A stretch of 64,000 nt of DNA from Amoebidium appalachense (lineage: Eukaryota; Protista; Ichthyosporea), in NCBI GenBank assembly GCA_963693365.1, contig CAVNZM010000002.1:12270328-12334327 (forward strand), in the 5' to 3' direction. The notes beneath the pieces are model-generated. The model did no database searches. It saw only the letters and a program-made list of their open reading frames with translations, and was not told where the DNA came from. The first letter of the stretch is position 1. Each line of letters begins with the position of its first letter. A program made the translations under genes and the position numbers. This document shows positions 15,913 through 29,488 of the stretch, one piece after another.

Positions 15913-17419
15913 ATGCATATGTGCGTATATGCATGTATGCCTGTGAGTGTACATGCGCCAGGGGAGGGGGGGGGGGGGGAAGGGAGGTGACAGGTTTGTG
16001 GCTGTGGGTGTGTGTGCCCTCCCCCCCCCCCCCCCCCCCCCAGTGACTGACAGAAGCATGCCAGAGTCGTGCAAGGTTCACTAAGCATCTGAGAGGGGGG
16101 AGGGGGGAGGGGAGGGGGGAGGGGAGGGGGGGGGGGAGGAAGGGAAGGCTTGTGAGACTGTCGGCAACATAACACTGTCAAGTGGTCAAGACGAGGATTC
16201 ACATTAACACCACCTTTCTGGGCACACACTAGGCATCATCACCACAGCAGTTTTGTATAATATTCAAAATATTAGAGTATAGCCACTTACTGCATAACAA
16301 AGTTATTTTGCCACTGGTGACCTCCGAATATGTTAGCAGCTCGAAGCCCCCTCGGAGACACTGGCATGCCCACCCGTATCTTGAATTAATATTCTGCACG
16401 CATATGCTCTCCAGAGGACACACGAGCCCCACGCGGGCACACGCGGTATGATTCGCCGATGTTGGTGGGGGTGGTGGTGAGGGTGGAGGTGGAGATTGAC
16501 ACTGCATGCCTGACTTGGTCCATGCGAGATATTGGCCGGGGAGAATGCAGGTGCACGTGTAGGTGCCCGGCAGGTTGGTGCAGGTGGCTTGGACGGTGTC
16601 TGGGCAGTAAAAGACTCCAAGAGAACACTCGTTGACATCCTCTGTGCGGTTATGATTAGTTGATGCGTTTGTTCTAATTAGTTTTGAAGTGCATAACCTT
16701 GTGTTTTGTGTGGTGTCGTTATACTACTTACATATCATAGCATGTGTGATGAGTAAAGCTCATGGGTGCAAACAGTTCTGCTATCATTGATGAAAGCGAG
16801 GGCGCTAGTAGAAGCTGCAGGCACTGAGTGTAAGTGGTGGTGGTGCGTGTGGGTTACATATATATACGGCATGTGTGCATGCAAGAGGAGGACTAAATCC
16901 CAGTAACCGATGTACTACGATGGATGAAATGCCGATGATCGAGTTTGTCTTTGTTCTGCCATGTGAGCATTCTTTTAGACGTATCATGCACACTCACATT
17001 ACTGTGCATACTTTCAGTAGTATGCCGAAAAACTTGTAGGGAGCACACTTACGGCATTCATATGACACTTCGTTAGACGTTGCATTAACGACCTCCTTTG
17101 ACTCGTAGCCTGTGGGGCATTGACAGATGTAGCTGTTTGCTCCCAGAGGAATGCATGTGCTCTCGGCCGGACATTTGTGGTTGATACCTGCATCCAAACA
17201 ATCATCTGCAGCCGACAGAAATGTGGTTATTGTGGGTTAACTACTTAAGGCAGGCCTTTCCAATGGCATGCATTAGGATTGTAAACGTATTCTCAATGTG
17301 GTGACTAGCGATTGATGCTTGTGCTCGCCCCGTCGTTGGGCTTAACCTACTTGATCGTATTTATGGAACTTCTTTTCATGCATGAATTTCAAAGCCCCCC
17401 CCCCCCCCCCCCCCCTTCC

Positions 17420-17495
<76 letters not shown>

Positions 17496-17685
17496 TGTGT
17501 GTGTGTGCACCATCATGGCTATTTCAGGCTACGCATATATGTATGCCATGACTGGATATGTACAACATCAACCCACACAAGCAGAAAGATTTAAGAGGAT
17601 AAAGGTATTCCTTACCAGCAGCTGCGAACGAAAGTAAGCTGCACAGAAGGGCGCAAGCAACCAGGAGGAGCCTCGGAAGAGACAT
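13828..17685 (-). CDS. Secreted EGF/cbEGF + Pro/Thr-rich mucin + 2x PAN/apple protein, copy B (exons 17616-17685, 17053-17205, 16291-16641, 14399-15399, 13828-14042)
   Basis: Signal peptide MSLPRLLLVACALLCSLLSFAAA; EGF units (DVNEC...CTNLPGTYTCTC; DRDEC...CTNTPGSFTCSC; CKSNPCPVNATCINLVTTYKCVC); PAN-like CVDKCYNTTGCQFATY and CIGWCRQQPKCQVAVY; phase-1 GT-AG introns; one apparent 1-nt deletion at ~15194; no TM anchor. Confidence 0.8.
14960..15240 (-). repeat. 51-bp coding tandem repeat (TTTNNTTETTTNTTTEE), about 4-5 copies
   Basis: Direct inspection; many N-x-T sequons; absent from copy A. Confidence 0.85.
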
Positions 17686-19574
17686 TTTGGCGCCGAAAGC
17701 AGAACGAAAACGGGTGCAATTCGAAGGGTTACATGTACACATGTACGGAGCTGGTTTCGAATACAATAAGTTATTTTTATGCGCGGAAAAGGACCGGATT
17801 TTATGCGTCGTTCTGTTCTTCCCACAACCAACACACAATTTTCATAACTGTAACTTGCATGTAGCGCATACTTGGCGCGACGTATGGTAAGAACGGTTGT
17901 GCCGGGAGACTGATTTGTGGCATAAGCGTTTATATACTTTCCCGTTTTATCTTGGAATGCTTGTGGTATGCAGGGTTATTCACAGAATAGCTGAGAGCTC
18001 AGACCTCCGTTTTGATTGGTTGGTTCACTGACCGTGCACAGCCGTGCTCACTGCTGGCTCTCAGCAGTCTCACATCCAGGGTTTGCAATCTTTTTTGTTT
18101 ACATAAAAGTAGTTGGTTCCCTTATGTAGCTTTCTTCAACCTGCATGATCTTATTAGAGACACAGACCGTTCGGAGAAATGTTTTGATTCAAGTTAAACC
18201 CCCCTTATGATATATTGGGCCGTTTGTTGAAAATCAGTGGGCCAAACCTAAAAAGCCAGGGATAATTTATGGGTAGAATTTGTGGCCCTGGCCAGCATGT
18301 GTGGAACGTCGTATTGCAAAGGAGCGAGATACTGTTTTCATATCCTCAATATTTACTACTGTGTTTTTCCCACAAATAACATGTGTACAGTAGTAGTAAA
18401 TATTCAATATGTATAAATGTGCATTCCGGCATCATCCAAGGCCTCCTACAGTACGTAATTAGGCCCCTTGGGCTCATCCCCACTGCATCCGGCAACATCC
18501 AAGCACAGGGATAAAGCTACAAAAGAGGTAAAAAAAAAAGGGGAAAAAGAAAAAGAAAGAAATGGTAATTTAACCTAAAACAGTATACACGCTCCCAGAT
18601 ATTGATTTACTCAATATAAAGTATAAGACAATTATGTTATTGTAGTAACGATTACATGGTACTATTCCGAAGCGCCGAAGGGTACCGTTTCGTCTAATTA
18701 TAACTGATAAAACGAGGCCGTGGGCCCGCCGGGGGCCGTGGTTGTGCCAGTTGTGTCATAAAAGTTGCTTGTTTGTGAAACAGTTCATCAGTCAGCCAGT
18801 ACCCCCACAGTCACTGACTGCCTTCGTCCTCCACGCCGCTCGGCTTTTTGTTTTTTTCATTAGCTTTATTATTGTATTGATGCACCCCCTACTGTGTACG
18901 TCGGCCATGCCATGTGGCTGCGGGGGAACTCCTGTGTCGGAACCGATCACCGACACATGCATAGATCATAGGTTCATAAAACCTGGGGGGGGTGGAATAC
19001 AGAGGTACAACTACACAAAAGTAAAAAAAAGCATATGCATTCGACCGCCTATTTCGCATTATGAAACACGTTGTTTTTCTTGGAGCAAAAACGTTCAACT
19101 AGGTCCGTGCATGCACATGTATTCGGCATGCCCGGCGGCCCCCTGCAGGGCCGCGGGGAAGGAGCTCCCGGGGGAGGGGGGAGATGGGGGGGGGGGGGGG
19201 GGGGGGGGATCCTCCCCCTCCCTCCTTTCTCCCCCCCCCCCCCCCCCCCCTCTTCCTCTGCGGCAACACGGTGGCCAAATATCTATTATCGGGGCTCGAG
19301 ACTTCCCTACAGGTCTGGATCCCACCCACCAACCGCACAACCCATCATAGTGTTCGTTAATTACGGTTAGCACACTATTGGGGTTACGCGAGTCGTGCTC
19401 ACCGTGTAAATTTGTATAGGTGTGTCCTTGTGTGAACTAGTGTGTGTGTTTTGTGTTTCAAAATAAATGTGATACCTGTGCTCCTGTGGTTTCTAACTTT
19501 GAAAAACAAAACAAATCATATGGGCTTGCCCCACGTGTGGCCTTCAAGTTGAGCGAGACTCATTTACAGTGGCG

Positions 19575-19688
19575 ATTTGATTTTTTTTTTTTGAAATGGT
19601 GGCGGGGAGGGTGGGGAGGGGGGAGTAGTCAATATTGACGTCCGCCCTCGTGGTACCAACCTCCTCCGGATCCCCCTCGCCAACTCCT

Positions 19689-19721
<33 letters not shown>

Positions 19722-19822
19722 ACAAACCCCCTCCATAAGGTGGCTGCAGGGGTGGATGGGTCCGGGGGAAGGGGGGGGGGGGGGGGGGCGAGTGGGGGGG
19801 CAGCTGTTGTCCGGGATGGTGG

Positions 19823-19861
<39 letters not shown>

Positions 19862-20030
19862 CTCCCCCGCGCATGCGCATGCGCGTGATCATGGCCTGAG
19901 TCTCTTTTCTACCCACCAAAAGTGTACATGTATTCGTTGCATTTTTTTTGCTTTTCGCTTCTTCTTCTTTTTTTTTTTTTTTTTTTTGAGGAAATACTTC
20001 CGTTTTGGCCACTAATACATATCCTCCCTC
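19575..20030. repeat. Diverged inverted duplication, partner at ~23005-23430
   Basis: CCGTTTTGGCCACTAATACAT vs ATGCATCAGTAGCCAAAACGG; GCGCGTGATCATGGC vs GCCATGATCACGCGC; GTGGTACC blocks in mirrored order. Confidence 0.75.
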
Positions 20031-20417
20031 CCCCTCCCTCCCCCTCCCCCCTCTGCCCTCCCCCCCACCCCACATACACACATATGCACCACACACACAC
20101 ACACGTGACAACCCCCCCCCCCCCCCCTCCCACACACACACACGCACACACACACACTTCGTGACCCCTTCCTGCGGGTATTCTTCTCTTAAAGTTTGCA
20201 AGGTCTGCTTTGTGTTGTCCGCGGAAAATGCATACTATATGCTCCATATGAACATTTTCTAACGACACCTCCCCCCCGTCCCCTTCCGCCTCACTCACCT
20301 CCCCTCCCCCCCTCCTCCCCCTCCCCCCTGCCCATTAATGCAATTAACTGCACGTGTACCGTATGATGCCCATGCACTACACACACACACCCACAACACA
20401 CCATCACTCTCGAGCTG

Positions 20418-20483
<66 letters not shown>

Positions 20484-20487
20484 ACAC

Positions 20488-20573
<86 letters not shown>

Positions 20574-22094
20574 TGATACATGCAACAGTGAGTCGACTAT
20601 TTATACATTTATGAATTATTGATGGCAAGGTTATCGTGCTAACCATGCAGTGTTCGTGTGCGTACTGTGTATGGTGTGGTTGAGTGTATCTGCGTGTTCA
20701 TGATGGGGGCTCATCGCTGGCAAAGCCTTGTGCACCTCGTGAGTGTGTGCAGGGACGTTGAATACGTGTCGGTGTGGCGCGTGTGTGTGCAAGCGGTGGA
20801 GCGACTAGAGACTAGTGCGAAAGGCGGGGCAGGGAGGGGGGTGGGTGGGGGGATAGGGGGCTGGGGGGGGGGGGGGGGGGGGGGTGAAAGAGGAAGAGCA
20901 TATATTACCTTACGACATAAAGCCTGAGTTTCAGGTGATAAAGAGTGACGCCTGTTAGTTAGCCTCAATGTTTACGGGGGTCAGTGTACGGCGATGTGGT
21001 TTTGGTCACGTGGCCTGCGCAATTTATAAGTTAAAGGAGACCTTTATGCAACCCATCTAGACAGGCTACGTTTTCCAAATGTGAAAAAACCGCGCTGCTA
21101 AATCATCATAGTAGTAGTACTATATATGTTCAGGTTATCTGGTATAGTCATATGATGGCAGCCTATGGGGTAGGGGGGGGGGGGGGGGGTAAATGTCCCC
21201 TTCCCCCTGGGCCACCTACCTATTCACTGAAGTATCACTGTTCTTATCATCTTGTGAGCCTGTTATAATCATCTTGCCAGTAGGTGGGTGGATGGGTGGT
21301 GGTTTTGGTGTTAAATTATTGGGGGGGGGGGGGGGGGGAAGGGGGGGTTGATATCAGAGTATGTGTTTGAGGGAGGGGGGGGGGGGGGGAGAGAGGGAGG
21401 GGGGGGGGGGGGGTGAGACTGAGAGGGGAGGAAAGAGTGAGAGATAGAGGGACGCACGCACGCGCGCGTGTGTGTGTGTGTGCGCGTATTAATAGTTCAT
21501 TTATTTTCTTTTCTACGTTGGGATTTTTTGATTCTGTTGTTGGTCCTGGTGAGATAGGGACCGAAAAGTACCAGCTTCACTCCAGCTCTACCCCCCCCCC
21601 CCCCTCCTAATCACAACACTTGATTTAAAGCCCCCTTCCCCCCCCCCCCCCCCCCCCCCTCTTCCCCTCAACCACCACCACCACCACCACTCGCAATCCC
21701 CCGGGCACTTTAGCTGATACATGCCTTACTTCATAAACGGGTACTTAAGTACAAGAGGAAAAAGAGTTACATTGGTGGTGTGGTCTGTCGCAGAAAATGG
21801 TCGGCCCTCATATACTTAACGTGGTGCAAACATGCATAAACAAGCACACACACGGGAAAAAGAGAGAGAGAGAGAGGATGAATGGGAGAAGAAAGACACG
21901 GGAGGTGAAGAAAGAAGTTGAATGTCTTCATGTAATGGAGGCTCCCGGGGTGGGAGGGTGGGTGGGGGGGAGGAGGAGGGGGGGGGGGGATGGGCAATGA
22001 GCGTTATGAAAGTGAAGAAATGGGAGGGACGGGCAGTGCGCCTGTAGGCTAGGTGCGAATATAGGCTGCAGTGGGATTGTGATAGGGGCTACAC

Positions 22095-22168
<74 letters not shown>

Positions 22169-22331
22169 TGGGGTTTTCAGTGAAGAACCCCATAAAGAAG
22201 TTGGACCCCCCCCCCCCTGCCTCCCCCCGGGAGTGACCGTCGAAGTTTCAATGATCTCGTGGCCATGAACCCAGTACTAGTGGCACGTGTGGTGCAAACC
22301 AACCAACCAACCCCCCCCCTTCCTCCCCTCC

Positions 22332-22378
<47 letters not shown>

Positions 22379-22806
22379 ACATACACACACGCAAACCAGG
22401 ATGCCGTTCATACCGGTGACAACCGGACACCCACAGCTCATCCTCCCCCCGGTCTCTCCCCACTCACCCCGGCCGTGACCCACCCACGTCCCAGGCCTTC
22501 CCAGAACACATGAAGTTGAATTGAGATGGCAACTAATTATAAACCAACTGCCAGAATTGAATGTCTTTATGTCTTTCTGAACTTAATTTATTCTGACACC
22601 TCCCCCTTCCCGAGGGGGGTAGGAATACGATGAGAGCATGAGAAAATGGGAACCAGTCTCATCAAATATTAACGTGTGCACAGAGTACGAGACCCGTGAG
22701 GCTTTCCATTATGACACGGGCGGAGTAATAATAAACTTTTTGAGAGTGCTTAAGGTTTGCTTTCAGGGCTTTGATTAGGATGACTGAGAGCCGGCCGGTA
22801 ACAATG

Positions 22807-22886
<80 letters not shown>

Positions 22887-22894
22887 CATGTTAC

Positions 22895-22985
<91 letters not shown>

Positions 22986-23163
22986 GGGGGGGGGGGGGGG
23001 GGAGGGGGGACATGCATCAGTAGCCAAAACGGAAGCAATTCCCTCAACCAAAAAAAAAAAAAAAAAAGTAACGAATGCAACCTTTGGTAGCTGGAAAAGA
23101 AACTCTAGCCATGATCACGCGCACGAGCGTAGGCGGAAGGGATGGGGGCTGGGGGGGTGGGGT

Positions 23164-23194
<31 letters not shown>

Positions 23195-23449
23195 GGGGGG
23201 GGAGGGGGGGGGCACCCACCACCCCACTCGGCCAGGTGGTCCCTCCCCTCCCCACTTCCAGCCCCCCACCCTGCGGCTACCTTGGTGAGGGGGGATAGGG
23301 GACCCGTGACCCCGGATAGGGGGGGGGGGGGGTACCACCAGGAGGGACGTCGATAATTACTACTCCCCCACCTTCCTCCCCTCCCCCCCCAACCCCCCTC
23401 CCCCCCTCCCTCCATTTCAAATTTAAAAATCCCTAATGGCATATGCACT

Positions 23450-23759
23450 GGCCTGGTCGTTGCATGTAGATCTATCTTCACGGAGCATGTACGTACTTCT
23501 TGATATCAATAAGTACCGTACATGATGGTCTGCCGTGACTGAAATAATCCTGTAAAATTTAAAGCAGGAACTCGAAGTCACACATTGATGATCTATCTCA
23601 TGGTTGCATGAAAATCGAATTGAATGATCAACCCTCCAAAAGGCAAAGCAAATACGCCAATTGCAATTGCAACTATCAGGGACGTCGACCATTGAGCCAA
23701 AGTGTAAGTCTTAGAGCAATGCTGACGTCTTGAAAAGTTTAACCTTTTTGTGCATGGGT

Positions 23760-23817
<58 letters not shown>

Positions 23818-23930
23818 TAACAGTATCTCTGATGATGTGCACGCACCCTCGTAGGTACGTGCGCAACCACGTGCATGAGTGTGGTGTGTGTACATGTGTA
23901 TGTGTGCATATGTTTGTGTGTGAAGGTACA
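23450..23930. repeat. Diverged direct duplication, partner at ~29745-30450
   Basis: Shared TGGTCGTTGCAT..ATCTTCACGGAGCATG, ACGCCAAT, CATTGAGCCAA, CACCCTCGT(A/G)GGTACGTG and GTATGTGTGCATATGTTT blocks. Confidence 0.7.
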
Positions 23931-24614
23931 ATCTAAAAATTCCCATTAGGTCACATGTATGTACAGGTGTGTGTGCCATATGGCCACGGTTTTTATGTTT
24001 GTGTGCAATTGGCACCGTGAATGTGCCTAGCTTACTATAATTTCTGCCTGTGTCGGTGCTCCATTTGTCCGCGCACAAGCCTATCCGTGTATTTTGTAAC
24101 CTACATGTGTGCATGTCCCCACGTCATGATACTGTGTCAGTGTTGGTGGAAAAGGGGGGAGTAGAGAGGAGGGGGGAGAAGAGAGAGATTCAGCAGGGAG
24201 AGGGGGGTGGAGGGGGGAGAGGGAGGGAGAGGGGGGCAGAGGGGCACGGGGAGTCAGAGAGAGGAAAATGTAAAGAGAGAACACGCTCAATCTTCACTAT
24301 CAGAATCTGAGCCCGGAATGCAGTATAATCTGTGATTCTTTTTCGTTACTCATAAATATCTAGCTCAACGATATAACAACATTAAATTCTATGTAATACT
24401 TACAGTAGTCTAGTAGTTCGAAACATAAATCTTACCTTCTATACCGTATTGACTTGAGCTCAAGGTGATAGATTCCCTGTGTGTTTGCCTGTGTGAGTGA
24501 GTGTGTGTGTGTGCCTGTGTGTACACCAAAGCATGGCGCGTGTGCGCGCGTGCGTGCGTGAATGCGTGTGCGAGTGTATGTTCTTTTGTCTCAGTTCTTG
24601 CCAGTGTCTGTGTA

Positions 24615-24942
24615 CCAAAAGCAGAACCAATCTGCAAAAAGCGGAATCATTCTGCAAAAAGCAGAATCATTCTGGACAAGCAGAATCACTCTGCTTTTAG
24701 CAGAACTATTCTGCTCAAAGGATAACTATTCCGCAAAAGAAGAATAATTCTGCTTTTAGCAGAATAATTCTGCTTTTGGCAGATTTATTCTACTTTTAGC
24801 AGATTGGTTCTGCTTTTGGCAGATTGATCCTGCTTTGGCATATTGATCCTGCTTTGCGGATTGAATCTGCTTTTACAGAGTGTTTCTGCAGAAAAATTCT
24901 GCTTTTTGCAGAATATTTTCTACTTTTTGCAGATTAATTCTG
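24615..24942. repeat. Minisatellite of ~20-bp palindromic units GCAGAATnATTCTGC, about 16 copies, with orientation switch
   Basis: Spacers change from AAAAA to TTTTA/TTTTG; 24615-24635 is the exact reverse complement of 24799-24819. Confidence 0.85.
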
Positions 24943-25061
24943 ATCGGAGCAAGTTGACTCAGCCGACGTGGTTGGGGCCTCACACACACACACGGAGAGT
25001 CAGAAACTACACGCACACAAGCACGCACACCCCTCACATGCACACACACACACACACACAT

Positions 25062-25152
<91 letters not shown>

Positions 25153-25300
25153 GATGATACACACACACACACACACACACTGACACAGACACACACACAG
25201 ATTAATTCTGATCGGAGCAAGTTGACTCAGCCGACGTGGTTGGGGCCTCACACACAGAGAGAGTCAGAAACTACACGCACACACGCACGCACACCCCGCA
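24930..25300. repeat. Local tandem duplication (~268-bp period)
   Basis: CAGATTAATTCTGATCGGAGCAAGTTGACTCAGCCGACGTGGTTGGGGCCTCAC at 24930 and 25198. Confidence 0.85.
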
Positions 25301-25303
25301 CAT

Positions 25304-25418
<115 letters not shown>

Positions 25419-25836
25419 ACACACATGTATCATTATGATAACACAATACATAAACATACACTCACGGACACCGTGATGACCAATAATCTCGAAGGGCACA
25501 CTGCTGTCAGGTCAAAACGGGATGGGAAAAAAAAGGTAATAGAGACGAAGAGTCATGGCGCAGAGCAGAAAGACGAATCTAATAAGAAATTGTTAGCATG
25601 TGGGGACCACGGGGCACTATTTGGATTGCTGCGCCGTGACTTTGTTTGAACTGTGGCAACCTCTAGAAATGAGCGTTTGTGTATATATACTTTTGATTTT
25701 ATCTTTGGAATGTTTGGTATGCTGGTTTATTCTGTGGCATGTATGTGTACCTCAGATTTCTGTTTTGATTGGATGACTCGTTGACCTGTTAAAAAAAGAG
25801 CACCTTCTGCATGCATTGCCTTTGCACCGTCACAGA

Positions 25837-26019
25837 CAGGGTTCGAATTCTGTTTTCGAAACTTTGGGGTAGGGTCCAACTATTTTGGGATTCGCCAAAA
25901 AACTTTGGGAAAGCGTTTGGGAAAATCCTGGGCGTGCACAGAAACATGAACAGACACGGCCCTCCTCCCCGCCCCCCCGCCCCAGTGACCTGCTGTAGTC
26001 GCCACTCACCACCCCCCAA

Positions 26020-26056
<37 letters not shown>

Positions 26057-26384
26057 CCCCCCTACGTATTCCTCCCCTCCCTCCGACCGTAGTTATGTAG
26101 GCACCTGGGCACCAATATTCACCAGGGTCCACTTCTCCACTCGAGTCCCCCTCCTCTACCCCGCAACCCCCCCCCCACCCCCCCCCCCCACAACCCCTAC
26201 ACACACACACATTCTCCCCGGGCCTCCCATTCCCTCCCCCCCCCCCCCCCCCCCCGGCCCCCCCTCCATGCCCCCCCCCCCCCCCCCCCCCCATGATGTG
26301 CACCCCCACTCCCCGAAGGTTCTTTGGGAATCCGCAAAAAAAAAATGGAAATTCCCAAACATTTTTTGGGAATTTCGCTTCCTG
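25837..26384. mobile_element. Non-autonomous hAT-type element (MITE)
   Basis: Imperfect TIRs CAGGGTTCGAATT / AATTTCGCTTCCTG with exact 8-bp TSD GTCACAGA (25829-25836, 26385-26392); TTTGGGA subterminal repeats. Confidence 0.85.
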
Positions 26385-28347
26385 GTCACAGAATGTGCAA
26401 AAAACAACAGAACAACAGAAGAAGAAGAAAGAAAGTAGAATATATAGAGGTATACCCATGTATTATGTAAATTATGTGACGTCTTTATCTGTATGTTCAC
26501 CTTGTTGGTGAAATTTCCTGTTTCAGGCTGTTTGTCCATCTACCATATTACGGCCCCCACTGCAGGGTGCGAAATTAGCGTTTGGATTGGGAGTGCCACC
26601 CATGGCCGGGATAATAAGTAATGGCCACAGCCATCGAGCAACTACCAAAAAAAAAAAAGTTTGACTAGCCCTTGCTACGGGGCCATTGCATAGTGCATAG
26701 TTGAAAAATCAGTGGACCTACTAAAGGGTATTAGGGTCACCTCACCTCATGGGATTTTATGGGCATGCATTTTTGACTACATGTCGCACGTGCGCGTTTG
26801 CGGATGCAGATCTGAGCAGGTGCGTGCATGCTCGTTGTAGGTATGACAGAAAAGCCTCTACTACGTACTATGTACCTAAAAAACATTAATATCTTTAAAC
26901 AAAATGTAATTGTAACCGTATCTGACCTGCTCTGGCCACAATTTACACATATATTACCTATACGGTATTTGTTCATCTCGAGGGTCTCTCTCGGTACGAC
27001 CGTACGAGCACGGCTTTTCTTCAGAGGGCCGTGGTACGAGGTAGCCCTACGTGAGTCAGGTGGCTGCGATGGCCATTGGCCAATCCACCCGCTTGCGATT
27101 GGAATTTTAAGTACGTGGGGCCGCACCTGATTGCCGGCACGATGCTGCTCGAGCTCGTCTCTTTCCCCTGACTGAGCTCGTCTACAATAATCCCAATGGA
27201 GCATGAGTAACATAAATTGTTACTCATCTCGGTATCCCGGGAATTTTTGGAAAATGGCTCAATTAGGATGAGCAACATTTTGGATTACTCATTACCCTCC
27301 ATCAAAGAACCACGTTTTTGTACCTTGAAAATGGTCATATCAAGTTGACATTTTCTAGGAACAAAGAAAATATATTGTTTTGCCAGGGCCTAGCAAGAAA
27401 ACATGGTGTTTTATAGTAAATTACTACACTGCGACACCATGATCATCATCCACCGGCGGCTTTTTGGCTGTTTTCGTTCAGCCCTGGACTGCGCCGGTGT
27501 GATGCGCTCAATTGATGCCGCCGCCGCCGCCCAATGCACACCAAAATCACTAATTGATGAGTCACATTCTTGTGAGATGAGTAACTTTCTTCACACCTCG
27601 CTACCCCTTCATGATCGCTCATAGTAAACATCATAATAATAGACTTAAACACCCAAAAAAAATTACATGCGCGTGTTTATCCTAATAAGAGGTAACTTTT
27701 TTACTAAATAATATGAGCCTTTGGATGCGAGCGGAAAAAAATCTGAGCGCCGCAAAAAAGAGTGACATTACATGTTACTCATTAAAAACCATGGGGGCTA
27801 ATTACATGTAGGTTGCATGGACATGAAGAAAAGCGTAGGAACTCCGGGAACAGTTTATTGACCTACACGCATGACTATATTAGAAACCTATCTGTGTTTG
27901 GGCTAACGTAGGCGCATGCTATGTAATCATCATAGAAAGAACTTCCGAATCGAAGGGATCAGAGATGCTCACTGCCGCTTCCTATTTGATGTGTACCAGT
28001 ACTTCGTTTCATCCTCAACAAGTCTTGAACCTGTAACAATTTCTGCTCGGCAGGCCCCCCCCAGCTTCCGGTAAAAACTAATCATACGGTAGTAATACAT
28101 AATATGATTACACTATCATAGTCTTATTGATCATGTTATTAGTAGCTCCTCAGGCTGGCCTGCAGCTGTACGTAGTAATAATAGTGGCAGGACCACGGCC
28201 ATCTAGAAACACCCTAGATGGCCGTGTGGCAGGACTCATGAGCAAACTGGGGATTCAGAGTCAGATCGATCGAAGTACAATTTCACCACGGACAACTGTT
28301 ACATGCACATCTATTTTTTTTTTTCTTTTTCTTTTTTTTTTCTTTCT

Positions 28348-28384
<37 letters not shown>

Positions 28385-28482
28385 GAGGGGAGGGGGGGAA
28401 GGAGGGGGGCTTCCGTGAAGTCATGATCAGTCATAGTAAAGATGCTGTATTTATAATTTTCCTACTTAATTGAAGCTTTTTA

Positions 28483-29180
28483 TTGCTTTTTAAATGTACC
28501 CTTCTCGCCGCTTGGATCACGAAAGAGAGAACTAGAGCGCTTGAACCCTTGGCAATTTTCCTTGAAGCAGAAGTTGCCTCCTTTCTATCTAACAACTGTT
28601 GTAAACCTGGGCCTGTAACGCTCTCCATATATGGTCTGGTCCCAATAGCTGCTAGAGTATCCCATCTCGCGCTGAAATTCAATAAGCACATAAGCCGCTT
28701 AAAAAAGTATTTGCCCTCCCACCCTCTCTTCTCTAAATATCCTACCTGTCCCCTCCTCACATCTCCCTTCTTTCCTTCCCTCTCTCTTTCCTTCTCCCCC
28801 GGGCACAAATACAAATAACCCCGCAAAAATGTGCGTATGACTTTGGACTGCCACTTACTTATTAGACATGCATAATCACAAGATAATTACGCAATATAAC
28901 AAATAGAAAAAGATACCACACGACACCAGACCCGATGAAAGCATACACCTTGAAAAACTAAGCCTTATGTCCCGTTTTATATATAATGACCGCCTTAACC
29001 ATATTGCCAAATATGGCACTCGCAAATGTGTAACACCTAAATACATATTACCTTCCTGTAGAATTGGTCTCTCTCTAGCTGATTGTAATGTTGATCACAT
29101 ACCACGCTTTTACTGTACACGTGCTATACAGTGGAGATCTAATAAGTATAAGGTGGCATCGTTTGCATGCCCAAACAACA
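28483..29180 (+). mobile_element. Degenerate non-LTR retrotransposon (LINE) ORF2 C-terminal fragment
   Basis: YGLVPIAARVSHLALKFNKHISRL..PSHPLF and ..AIQWRSNKY..ACP align with the LINE fragment at 30605-31600; interrupted frames. Confidence 0.7.
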
Positions 29181-29407
29181 CACACACACACACCAGTTTA
29201 ATCGGTCATGTATCGCCAAATGCAGTTTGATAGACCACATAATACCGCAACACACACACGTCACATTCCCAACAGAACACCCAGAAAGATAGCCTACCTG
29301 AAAATTACAACATCCTTGATTTTATACTAAACACGCGTAACTACGACCTGTTTGATTAGATGTATTGATTGGCTTGAGAAACACATCATTACAAAATTCT
29401 AGCGCGC

Positions 29408-29480
<73 letters not shown>

Positions 29481-29488
29481 CCAGCTGA

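Noticed and set aside
19146-19317. Possible hAT MITE (CAGGGCC.../...GGTCTG)
   Set aside because: TIR match is weak and there is no 8-bp TSD
24615-24942. CRISPR-like palindromic repeat array
   Set aside because: Spacers are ~5 nt and not unique, there are no cas genes, and the context is eukaryotic
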